Below, in pieces: positions 37,968 through 46,721 of a stretch of DNA of 63,415 bases; within the stretch, counting starts at the first letter, position 1; every line of letters begins with the position of its first letter. Both the position numbers and the translations under genes were made by a program. The stretch spans positions 1 through 63,415 of the forward strand of contig JAQICV010000041.1 in NCBI GenBank assembly GCA_027858315.1, written 5' to 3'. The notes below the pieces were generated by a model that saw only the letters and a list, made by a program, of their open reading frames with translations, was not told the origin of the DNA and made no database searches. This DNA comes from Candidatus Woesearchaeota archaeon. GTDB taxonomy: Archaea; Nanobdellota; Nanobdellia; Woesearchaeales; UBA583.

Positions 37968-38770
37968 TGAAAATGAAAGTAAGCGTATTTGATAAAATAG
38001 GAAAAGAAGTTGAAACATTTGAGTTTAAATTATCTGAAGATATAAGAGAAGATATTTTTAAAAAGGCAATTATTGCTGAGAACTCATTGTTTAGACAATC
38101 TTACGGTGCAACACCTCTTGCAGGTAAAAAAGCATCAATTAATGTATCTAAGAGAAGACAAACATTTAGATCAACATATGGGAAAAGTATCTCAAGAACA
38201 CCTAGAAAAACTATGTGGAGAAGAGGTATGCAATTAAGATTTGTAGGTGCATTTGCTGCTAACACAGTTGGTGGTAGAAGAGCGCATCCTCCAAAGGGTA
38301 ATAAAAGTTTCTTAAAAGATATTAACAATAAAGAGTGGTTAAAAGCACTTAAAATTGGAATGACTGCATCAATGAACAATAAACTTGTTGCAGAAAATGG
38401 TCAAAAAGTACCTAGTACTTATCCGTTCATATTAGATAATAGTTTAGAAAATGTAACAAAAACTAGTGAATTTAGAGAAATCTTAGTTAAATTAGGTTTT
38501 GATGATGAATTAGAAAGAACAGCTATTAGAAAAGTTAGAGCAGGAAAAGGTACAATGAGAAATCGAACTTACAAAGTTAAAAGAGGGCCATTAGTAGTAG
38601 TTTCATCAACTGAAGTACCATTAATGAAAGCTGCAAGAAACTTTAGAGGTTTTGAAGTAATTACTCCTGATTTATTAATGGTGAGTGATTTTGGTATGAG
38701 TTACAAACCTGGTCGGGCAGTAATTTTTACTAAATTAGCATTAGAAGGATTCAAGGAGGTTTTAGAATAA
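37967..38770 (+). CDS. rpl4: 50S ribosomal protein uL4
   Basis: VGGRRAHPPK, RAGKG.MR. Confidence 0.96.
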   Translation: MKMKVSVFDKIGKEVETFEFKLSEDIREDIFKKAIIAENSLFRQSYGATPLAGKKASINVSKRRQTFRSTYGKSISRTPRKTMWRRGMQLRFVGAFAANTVGGRRAHPPKGNKSFLKDINNKEWLKALKIGMTASMNNKLVAENGQKVPSTYPFILDNSLENVTKTSEFREILVKLGFDDELERTAIRKVRAGKGTMRNRTYKVKRGPLVVVSSTEVPLMKAARNFRGFEVITPDLLMVSDFGMSYKPGRAVIFTKLALEGFKEVLE

Positions 38771-38771
38771 A

Positions 38772-39071
38772 ATGGCAAATGTTGAAGATACATTCAAGAC
38801 AGAGCTTAGTAAACAGTTTTACGATATTGTGAAAAAAGTAATTGTTTCAGAGAAATCAACAAGACTCTCAGAATTTGAAAACAAATTAGTTTTTGAAGTA
38901 GACAGAGCTGCAACTAAACCTATGATTAAATTATTAATCGAGAATGAGTTTGGAAAAACAGTAAAATCAGTAAATACTGTTAATGCAATTAGCGGTAAAA
39001 AACAAGCAGTTGTAACTTTCAAAGATGAAGGTGTTGCATCTGATTTGTCATCTGAATTGGGGTTAATCTAA
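38772..39071 (+). CDS. rpl23: 50S ribosomal protein uL23
   Basis: SEK...ENKLVFEV..ATK, V.SVNT; synteny. Confidence 0.95.
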   Translation: MANVEDTFKTELSKQFYDIVKKVIVSEKSTRLSEFENKLVFEVDRAATKPMIKLLIENEFGKTVKSVNTVNAISGKKQAVVTFKDEGVASDLSSELGLI

Positions 39072-39072
39072 G

Positions 39073-39804
39073 ATGGGAAAGAGAATTATACAACAAAGAA
39101 GAGGAAGAGGAACTGCAACTTATAGGGCTAACAGTTTCAGATTTGCAGGTAAATTATCTTATAATGCTTACAGCAAAGATGGACAAATCAATGGTACAAT
39201 TATCGACATTGTCCACTCTAGAGGACACAGTGCACCACTTCTAAAAGTAAAATATGAAAATGATAAAGAAGCTTTAATTCCTGCATACGAAGGAGCTTTT
39301 GTTGGTCAAACAATGATTATTGATCAAAGAGAAAAAGTAACTAAAGATGAAATTAAAGTTGGTAATGCTTATATGATTAAAAATATTCCTGAAGGAACAA
39401 GTATTTATAATATTGAATTAAAACCTGGTGATTCAGGTAAACTTGTAAAAGCAGGTGGAAGTTTTGCAACTGTAATATCTCACCTTAAAGGCTTAACAAA
39501 AATTGTACTCCCTTCTAAAAAAGAGAAGTTAGTACACAGTAATTGTAGAGCTTTTGTAGGAGAAATAGGTGGTTCAGGAAGACATGAAAAACCATTCATG
39601 AAAGCTGGAACTAAAGCTATGGATAAAGCAAAGAAAAATAAGTTATACCCTATGGTATCCGGAGTTGCAATGAGTGCATATGATCACCCTCACGGTGGTA
39701 CAAGGTCCTTGAGAAAAGGTAGACCAACAATTGCTCCAAAGAACGCACCACCAGGTAGAAAGGTTGGAATGCTGAGACCTAGACATACAGGAAGGAATAA
39801 ATAA
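39073..39804 (+). CDS. rpl2: 50S ribosomal protein uL2
   Basis: MGKRI..QRRG, GVAM...DHPHGG, APPGRKVG. Confidence 0.97.
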   Translation: MGKRIIQQRRGRGTATYRANSFRFAGKLSYNAYSKDGQINGTIIDIVHSRGHSAPLLKVKYENDKEALIPAYEGAFVGQTMIIDQREKVTKDEIKVGNAYMIKNIPEGTSIYNIELKPGDSGKLVKAGGSFATVISHLKGLTKIVLPSKKEKLVHSNCRAFVGEIGGSGRHEKPFMKAGTKAMDKAKKNKLYPMVSGVAMSAYDHPHGGTRSLRKGRPTIAPKNAPPGRKVGMLRPRHTGRNK

Positions 39805-39806
39805 AG

Positions 39807-40178
39807 ATGGCAGAAGATAAACAATTTACATATAGAGGAAAGACATTAGATGAGTTAAAAGCTATGTCTACAGAACAATTCTCTGAGCTTTTGCCTTCCG
39901 AATTAAGAAGAAAAGTAAAGAGGGGTTTTGGTGAACAAGAACTAAAACTTATCGAAAAGGTTAAATTAGGAGAGAAAAAAATCAAAACACATTGTAGAGA
40001 TTATTTTGTTACACCTGATATGGTCGGTCTAAAGTTATTAATTTACAACGGAAAAGAATTTACAGAAGTAACTATTGTTGTAGAGATGATTGCTTTAAGA
40101 TTAGGAGAACTAGCACCAACTAGGAAAATTGCAACACATACAACTATGGGTGCAAAGAAAACTGTTACGAGGAAGTAA
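39807..40178 (+). CDS. rps19: 30S ribosomal protein uS19
   Basis: FTYRG, KTHCR, YNGKEF, LGE.APT. Confidence 0.96.
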   Translation: MAEDKQFTYRGKTLDELKAMSTEQFSELLPSELRRKVKRGFGEQELKLIEKVKLGEKKIKTHCRDYFVTPDMVGLKLLIYNGKEFTEVTIVVEMIALRLGELAPTRKIATHTTMGAKKTVTRK

Positions 40179-40180
40179 GG

Positions 40181-40660
40181 ATGGCATATAAATATTCATT
40201 TCAAAACTTTAACAAGGAAACTATGGCAAGAGCACATTCAACAAATGTTTCAATTTCATTGAAAAATTCCGTTGAAACAACTAATGCTATAAGAAATAAA
40301 AAACTTGGAGTAGCAATTTCATATTTGGAAAGAGTTGCAAAAAAAGAATCAGTAGTTCCATATAAAAGATATAATACTGATATGCCTCATCGTAAAGGTG
40401 CAGGTATTGCTGCAGGTGGTTATCCTGTAAATGTTGCTAATGAGTTAGTTAGGTTATTAAAAGCTGCTCAAAAGAATGCTTCCGAGCAAGAAATTGCAGG
40501 AGAAATATATGTTCTTGCAACATCAGTTAGAAAAGGAGCTCAAAGATATCACATGGGTAGATACAGTGGTAGAAAAATGAAATCAACACATGTAGAAGTA
40601 ATTGTTGGTTTAAGAGAAAAAAAAGTAGCATCAAAAGCTAAAGAGGTAAAGAAAGAATGA
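40181..40660 (+). CDS. rpl22: 50S ribosomal protein uL22
   Basis: VPYKRY...HRKG, G.YP, THVEV; synteny. Confidence 0.95.
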   Translation: MAYKYSFQNFNKETMARAHSTNVSISLKNSVETTNAIRNKKLGVAISYLERVAKKESVVPYKRYNTDMPHRKGAGIAAGGYPVNVANELVRLLKAAQKNASEQEIAGEIYVLATSVRKGAQRYHMGRYSGRKMKSTHVEVIVGLREKKVASKAKEVKKE

Positions 40661-41412
40661 TTGAGAGAAAAATTGTTAAAAGTAACTTTTTAGAGTTTTC
40701 AGTTTCAGACTTCATTAGAAAAAATATATCTGATGTTCCTATTAAGGATATCTTAGTTGAGAAAAGTCCACTTGGAGAGAGAATTACAATTTATACTTCA
40801 ACTCCTGGTTTAGTTATTGGTAGAGAAGGTTCAAACATTAAAAAATTGACTAAAACTCTAAAAGAGAAATTCAAGTTTGAAAACCCTCAAATTAAAATTG
40901 GGGAAGTAACTGAGATGTTTCTATCTGCGAGTATTGTTTCAAAAAGAATTGCTAATGATTTAGCAAATTTTGGACCTCGAAAATTCAAATTGACTGCATT
41001 TAGAGCACTTGGAAATATTATGAATTCTGGTGCAATGGGAGTTGAAATTAAAATTTCAGGTAAAGTTCCTTCATCAAGATCAAAAACATGGAGATTCTTT
41101 AAAGGTTATTTGAAAAAAACTGGTTATGTAAGTGATTTTTTAGTAGATCATGCAGTTGAAAGTGTAACTCTAAAAAGTGGAGTTGTAGGTATTAAAGTAA
41201 GCATAATGCTGCCTAACACGCCTCTGCCAGATAAGATTGAATACTTAGCTGCTGTAATTCCTGAAGAAGTAATTGCAAAAATTGAAGAAGAAAAAGTTGA
41301 ATCCTCTCAAGGTGATGTTGAACAAACAAAACCAAAAGAGTTAAAAAAAACAAAAGATACTAAAGAAGTAGAAGTGGTTAAAGAATCTAAAGAGGAGACT
41401 AAGAAAGAATGA
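40657..41412 (+). CDS. rps3: 30S ribosomal protein uS3
   Basis: PGLVIGREG KH domain, GA.GVEI.ISGK, GVVGIKV. Confidence 0.96.
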   Translation: MIERKIVKSNFLEFSVSDFIRKNISDVPIKDILVEKSPLGERITIYTSTPGLVIGREGSNIKKLTKTLKEKFKFENPQIKIGEVTEMFLSASIVSKRIANDLANFGPRKFKLTAFRALGNIMNSGAMGVEIKISGKVPSSRSKTWRFFKGYLKKTGYVSDFLVDHAVESVTLKSGVVGIKVSIMLPNTPLPDKIEYLAAVIPEEVIAKIEEEKVESSQGDVEQTKPKELKKTKDTKEVEVVKESKEETKKE

Positions 41413-41597
41413 AAAAATTAGACTTACTTAAAAAGAAACCTGAAGAATTAGAATCTACTTTAATCTCTTTAAAAAAAGAGTTATTTAATCTAAACTCTGC
41501 ATCTCTTGCTGGTGAAGATAGTCTTAAAAAAAAGGCTAAAATCAAAGTAGTGAAAAGAGACATTGCAAGAATTAAGACTAAATTAAATAATAGCTAA
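41409..41597 (+). CDS. rpl29: 50S ribosomal protein uL29
   Basis: KRDIARIKT; synteny. Confidence 0.93.
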   Translation: MKKLDLLKKKPEELESTLISLKKELFNLNSASLAGEDSLKKKAKIKVVKRDIARIKTKLNNS

Positions 41598-41927
41598 ATG
41601 TTAGAAGATACTTGTTCAGTTTGCGGATTACCACAAGAATTATGTGTTTGTGGTGACATTGAGAAGACGGGCTCAGTTATTGAAGTAAAATCTGAGAGAA
41701 GAAAATATGGAAAAATTTGGGTAGTGGTTACTGGTATTCAAGCCGACACTACTGAATTAAAAGACATATTAAAAAAAATTAAAAATAAACTTGCTTGCGC
41801 AGGTACTATCAAAGGAAGATCTATTGAGATTCTTTATGGTAGGAAAGAAAGAACTAAAGAATTAATTGAAATCTTATCTGAATTAGGCTTTAATAAAGAC
41901 TCAATTCATGTAACTGAGATGAAATAA
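41598..41927 (+). CDS. sui1: Translation initiation factor aIF1 (SUI1)
   Basis: CSVCGLP.ELCVC, RKYGK, LACAGT. Confidence 0.93.
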   Translation: MLEDTCSVCGLPQELCVCGDIEKTGSVIEVKSERRKYGKIWVVVTGIQADTTELKDILKKIKNKLACAGTIKGRSIEILYGRKERTKELIEILSELGFNKDSIHVTEMK

Positions 41928-42042
41928 AATTCTACTTTTTTATTTTAAAGCTAAATATTTATTCTGAAATTTTATTATGTTCTTCATTTAAAAATTATTT
42001 AAGAGTTAGATTTATATATTTGATGCAATTTATAACTATATA

Positions 42043-42531
42043 ATGACAAAAAGAGATGAAAAAATAGCTTTTTATAATGAAGAGCTATCTAAATACACTA
42101 AAAAAGCAGATGAAGAACTACTAGAAGCAATTGTTGTATATCTAGGCCCAAGTATTTACAAGAATGACGCAGAATTGGTCTCAACTAATGATGTAAAAGA
42201 AGTTCAAACAGTGAAAGATAGTTTTCTTAAAAAAAAACTAAGTCTAGATGGTATGAATGAAGAGGTTTTGGACAAAGCAATATTAGAAGTTAAAGATATT
42301 CTGGGAAGTTCCAATAAGAGAAAATATAGGGCAATATTCTATTATTTTCTTGTGAAAAAGTTCGAACTTGAATCAGTTTTTATAACAAAAATAGATGAAG
42401 TTGAAATAAAATTAGAAGAATTAACACAAATAAGAACTAAATATTCAAGAGACAATATATTACCTTTGTTATATTTAGCATTATTTATTGATTTTTTAGT
42501 TATTGTAATCCTAGCATATATTTTATTCTAA
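42043..42531 (+). CDS. DUF2853 family protein with added C-terminal TM
   Basis: LGPSIY..DAELVS..D..E..TVK..FL.KKL, KYRAIFYY; paralog at 56948. Confidence 0.78.
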   Translation: MTKRDEKIAFYNEELSKYTKKADEELLEAIVVYLGPSIYKNDAELVSTNDVKEVQTVKDSFLKKKLSLDGMNEEVLDKAILEVKDILGSSNKRKYRAIFYYFLVKKFELESVFITKIDEVEIKLEELTQIRTKYSRDNILPLLYLALFIDFLVIVILAYILF

Positions 42532-42616
42532 AAATAAATTTAGATATTATATTTTTTTAGTCAAATTCTAAGTAGTAACTATTCTTTTTAAATTTAAATA
42601 TTCTAAAATATTCTAT

Positions 42617-43723
42617 ATGGATAAAAAAATAATGATTTTAGCTGCCTTTTTTATCTTATTCTTAGGTTTTACTTTTGCAGATACAGACGGTGTTTGGCAT
42701 TATGCTAAAGATATAAGGGGAGGAATATTTGGTGCTGATGAGCAAGATACAACTCAAGATTTCACATTTATTAATGATGTAAATTTAAATTCAACAACAT
42801 ATTATTATGGGGTTGAATTGAATGCTTCTTTTGTGAATACAAATGAAGATAATTCAATAACCTCTAATATGATAGTTGATGGTTCAATTACATCTGCAGA
42901 CATTGCTCCAGGAACTATAAATTTAGATGATATTGATACAAGTGAAATTCAAACAAAAATTGTTGGAACTTGTGACTCTGGTGAGTTTATGGTTGGAGTA
43001 GATAGTCTAGGTCATCCAATTTGTGAAGAAGGAGGAAGTGCAAGTGCTCCCTCTCCAGAGTATGAATTAGGAGAATATTTAATTGGTGCACAACACACTA
43101 TAGGTTTATGTTTAGCAGAAGGCGGAGAAGTCTTTGATACAGGGGGAGAGAATTATATTTGTAAATTCAGTGCATTAACACTTCCTAAATCTGCTTATGA
43201 ATGTTATGATTCCCAGTATGTGACTGCAAGTTATACAAAAATTTATTCTACTGCTATAAATATAGCTAATGTAGTTGAAGAAGGTGTAAAATCTGTTAAG
43301 ATTAGTGCAGGTTGTATTTTATTAAAAGAGGGAGAGAGTAGATTTAATGCAGATGGAACTTTAAATGGACATGTTACAATTTATGATTATACTTGGACTA
43401 CTGATCCTAGATATCCTTATGTTAGTTATAATGTTGGTTATATTGATGCACATTGTCCATCAGGTTGGAGTCAACATGAAAATTATATGGAACAAATTTC
43501 ATTTACAAAGAAAGCTCTTGCTATTCAATGTGATTCTTTATCAGATAGGATGGGTAGTTGTTCAGTAACAGGTCATAGTTTTAGTAATCAAGTTTCTACT
43601 TGTAGTTTGAATTTTGGAGCAGCAGAATTTTGGTTTTTGTATAAGTGTGTGAATGGCGTTACTAATGGCGGTAGTTATACAATAAATAGTTATGTACCAA
43701 AAACTGTAGTGGGGTGTAAATAA
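42617..43723 (+). CDS. Secreted Cys-rich adhesin-like protein
   Basis: Signal peptide; SITSNMIVDGSITSADI low-complexity repeat; many Cys in the C-terminal part. Confidence 0.65.
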   Translation: MDKKIMILAAFFILFLGFTFADTDGVWHYAKDIRGGIFGADEQDTTQDFTFINDVNLNSTTYYYGVELNASFVNTNEDNSITSNMIVDGSITSADIAPGTINLDDIDTSEIQTKIVGTCDSGEFMVGVDSLGHPICEEGGSASAPSPEYELGEYLIGAQHTIGLCLAEGGEVFDTGGENYICKFSALTLPKSAYECYDSQYVTASYTKIYSTAINIANVVEEGVKSVKISAGCILLKEGESRFNADGTLNGHVTIYDYTWTTDPRYPYVSYNVGYIDAHCPSGWSQHENYMEQISFTKKALAIQCDSLSDRMGSCSVTGHSFSNQVSTCSLNFGAAEFWFLYKCVNGVTNGGSYTINSYVPKTVVGCK

Positions 43724-43724
43724 A

Positions 43725-44171
43725 ATGAAACTGAATAATATTAAATTTATTTTTTTATTAACTTTATTACTTTTTGGTAATATTTCAGTTTTTGCTTTAG
43801 ATAATGAAGAGGAAGTGACAAATGATGATATTATTCAATTAGTTAAAAATTATGGAATTGATATGACCTATGAAGAAATTGTTGAAAATGTTCAAAGTTA
43901 TTATAAGGTACAAGATTTATCTAATGTTGAAATAAAATGGATGATTCAAAATATATTTTTAACAAATAATGAATTTGGAGTTGAAAATAATAATTTATTA
44001 AATGTTCAATCACAGTTGTCAATTCAATCTCAATCTGTTCCTCAAACAGTTGAAAAAACTATTTATGTTGAGAAAGATTCATATACTTTGGAATTATTGA
44101 TTTTCATAACATTAGCTTTAACAGTAATTAACTCTATTGCTTTAGTATATGTTCTAAAAAATAAAAAATAA
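43725..44171 (+). CDS. Hypothetical exported protein with C-terminal TM
   Basis: Signal peptide, TM plus KNKK tail; 1 nt after the previous gene. Confidence 0.65.
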   Translation: MKLNNIKFIFLLTLLLFGNISVFALDNEEEVTNDDIIQLVKNYGIDMTYEEIVENVQSYYKVQDLSNVEIKWMIQNIFLTNNEFGVENNNLLNVQSQLSIQSQSVPQTVEKTIYVEKDSYTLELLIFITLALTVINSIALVYVLKNKK

Positions 44172-44189
44172 TTTTTTAAACAATAATAT

Positions 44190-44242
44190 TTGTCTAAAAT
44201 CAAAAATTTTGGAGCAAACTTAATTCTTCATGAATAAAGTTT
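44190..44242 (-). repeat. Double-hairpin intergenic repeat, copy A
   Basis: Reverse strand AAACTTTATTC-atgaa-GAATTAAGTTT-GCTC-hairpin-GACAA; inverted relative of 46030-46089. Confidence 0.75.
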
Positions 44243-44280
44243 ATAAACAAATTTTCTTTTAATTTTATTAGATACTTAAA

Positions 44281-46047
44281 ATGAATATACCTAAATTAAT
44301 TAAAAAACAAATTATTGAAGAAGCATCTTCTAATCCTGAAAAATATTTTCCAGTAAAAACTCTTGAGGAATTTGGATTAAAAAGACAAAAATGTTCAACT
44401 TGTTCTTGTATGTTTTGGTCTTCTGTTAAAAGAGAAGTATGTGGAGATTCAAATTGTGTTGGTACATATACTTTTATTGGCGAGACTCCTGCGACAAGAA
44501 AAATGGAATTTGCAGAGACTTATCAATTATTTAGAGAATTTTTAGAAAAAAGAGGTTATATGCATGTAGAAAGATTTCCTATTGTTGCTCGGTGGAGAGA
44601 TGATTTAGATTTCAATATTGCTTCAATCATAGGTTTTCAACCATATGTTACAAAAGGTATTGTAGCACCTCCAGCAGAATTAGTTACAATTCCTCAAAAT
44701 TGTTTAAGATTTGGTGATATTGATAATGTTGGTTATACAGGAAGACATGGAACAAATTTTGTAATGATTGGACAATGCGCTTTTAAGAAACCTGAAGAAT
44801 ACGACCAAGCAAAATATATGAAAGATTTATATGATTGGTTTACAGTAGTTATGGGAATTCCAAAAGAAGAACTACAAATTCATGAAGATGCATGGGTAGG
44901 TGGAGGAGATTGTGGTCCTTCAATGGAATTCTTTTCAAGAGGACTAGAATTAGGAAATCAAGTTTACATGTGGTTTGATATGAGTAATGCAAATGACATC
45001 TCAGAGATAAAACCTTTAAAATTAAAAGTATTAGATATGGGAATGGGACTTGAAAGATGTTGTTGGTTTTCAAAAGGAAGTATTAATCAATATGAAGCAT
45101 CAATGCCAGTAGTATCCAAATACCTATTTGAGAAAACAGGTTTAAAACCAAATTGGGAAGTATATAACAAATTCTTACCATATTCAGGTATTTTAAATCT
45201 TGATGAAACTGATGATATTGATAAAGCATGGATTAATATTGCTAAAAAAATTGGCCTTAGTGTTGATGTACTAAAAGAAGAAGTAGAACCTGTTGCAGGT
45301 ATATATTCAATTGCAGATCACACAAAAACACTACTTTATGCTTTAGCAGACGGCGCTCTACCTTCAAATGTCAAAGGTGGGTACAATTTAAGGCTAGTTC
45401 TAAGAAGGGCTCTTGATTTTATCTATAAATTTAATTGGGACATAAACTTATTCGATGTAATTGTTCTACAAGCAGAAGAAGTAAAAGATTTATATCCTGA
45501 ATTTGTTAAAGAGCTTGATGGAATTAAAAAGATAATTGATTTAGAAGTTAAAAAGTACATTCATCATAAAGAAAAAGTTGAAAATAAAATTAAAACTCTA
45601 ATCAAAAAAGATAAAAATTTATCAACAGAAGAATTTATCAAATACTATATTTCAGATGGAATAACTCCAGATGAATTCAAAGAGAGCTTTGAAAAACAAG
45701 GAAAAATAATTGAAATTCCTGCAAACTTCTTCACACTAGTTGCAGAATTTTTTGAGAGTAGAAAAGCCTCAGAGCAAAAAGTAATGAAAAATAAACTAAC
45801 AGAATTTGTAGAAGGAATTCCTGAAACAAAACTTTTATTTTATGCTGATGTAAATAAAGAGGAGGAAGATGCAGAAATACTAAAAGAATTTGAATTTGAC
45901 AAATCAAAATACATCATCTTAGATAAAACTCTATTCTATCCAACAATGGGTGGTCAAGCATCGGATGTAGGATATATTGGTGAGAAAAAAGTAATTGAAG
46001 CAATTAAAGTTGGTTCAGTTGTTGTACATAAACTTTATTCTAAATGA
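44281..46047 (+). CDS. alaS: Alanyl-tRNA synthetase, N-terminal (alpha-like) part without editing core and C-Ala
   Basis: ARWRDD, ASI..FQP, GLELGNQV, DMGMGLER, IADHT, GGYNLR, FYP.MGGQ..D.G; stops at VVVHKLYSK (588 aa). Confidence 0.93.
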   Translation: MNIPKLIKKQIIEEASSNPEKYFPVKTLEEFGLKRQKCSTCSCMFWSSVKREVCGDSNCVGTYTFIGETPATRKMEFAETYQLFREFLEKRGYMHVERFPIVARWRDDLDFNIASIIGFQPYVTKGIVAPPAELVTIPQNCLRFGDIDNVGYTGRHGTNFVMIGQCAFKKPEEYDQAKYMKDLYDWFTVVMGIPKEELQIHEDAWVGGGDCGPSMEFFSRGLELGNQVYMWFDMSNANDISEIKPLKLKVLDMGMGLERCCWFSKGSINQYEASMPVVSKYLFEKTGLKPNWEVYNKFLPYSGILNLDETDDIDKAWINIAKKIGLSVDVLKEEVEPVAGIYSIADHTKTLLYALADGALPSNVKGGYNLRLVLRRALDFIYKFNWDINLFDVIVLQAEEVKDLYPEFVKELDGIKKIIDLEVKKYIHHKEKVENKIKTLIKKDKNLSTEEFIKYYISDGITPDEFKESFEKQGKIIEIPANFFTLVAEFFESRKASEQKVMKNKLTEFVEGIPETKLLFYADVNKEEEDAEILKEFEFDKSKYIILDKTLFYPTMGGQASDVGYIGEKKVIEAIKVGSVVVHKLYSK

Positions 46048-46089
46048 ATAAAGTTTGCTCGATAATTTAAGTTATTAAATTATCGACAA
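46030..46089 (+). repeat. Double-hairpin intergenic repeat, copy B
   Basis: AAACTTTATTC-taaat-GAATAAAGTTT (11-bp stem), GC, TCGATAATTTAA-gtta-TTAAATTATCGA (12-bp stem), CAA; contains the alaS stop. Confidence 0.85.
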
Positions 46090-46111
46090 GTAAAATAAAT
46101 TTTTTTAAATC

Positions 46112-46603
46112 TTAATATCTTTTTCTAAAAAATTCAATAAATACTTCATAGATATTTTTCTTATCACTCATAATTTCTTCTATTGTTTCTTTCTGGTGCT
46201 TAGTATAAATTGCAATTAAATGTGCAGTTAAAAGATTCAAATCTTGGTAATATAAATCAATAATTTTTTGCGAAAAAAACACTGCAATAATAAATACTGT
46301 GGTTCCAAAAACACTAATAACTCTACTAATTAAAACCCCAAGCTCAGTAAATAATAAAAAATCAGGTAGAAAATAAGAAAAAAATGAGAAGTAGATTGCA
46401 AAATAAAGGATAATATTAATTCTATAGTAAACTTTTACTTTTTTAATAAGATTTGTAGCAAGATCTTTAATATCTGTAACATTTTTTTTATCTCTAGCAC
46501 TAGAAATCTCTACATTTTGTTCTAAAAGCTCCATGTAATTTCTAATTCTATTATATTTTGTAGGTGAAGTTGTCTTAAGTTGTTCTCTTACCTTATCTAA
46601 CAT
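46112..46603 (-). CDS. Hypothetical membrane protein (2 TM)
   Basis: Two central hydrophobic segments. Confidence 0.65.
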   Translation of the reverse strand: MLDKVREQLKTTSPTKYNRIRNYMELLEQNVEISSARDKKNVTDIKDLATNLIKKVKVYYRINIILYFAIYFSFFSYFLPDFLLFTELGVLISRVISVFGTTVFIIAVFFSQKIIDLYYQDLNLLTAHLIAIYTKHQKETIEEIMSDKKNIYEVFIEFFRKRY

Positions 46604-46721
46604 AAATATTTTATGGTCTTATTGTTTATAAACTTTATTAACTAAAAATATCTGTAATTTTTATTTTCTCTAGAATGCAAATGTTTATATTATTTGAAGT
46701 TTAGAATTATTAAGAATTAAA

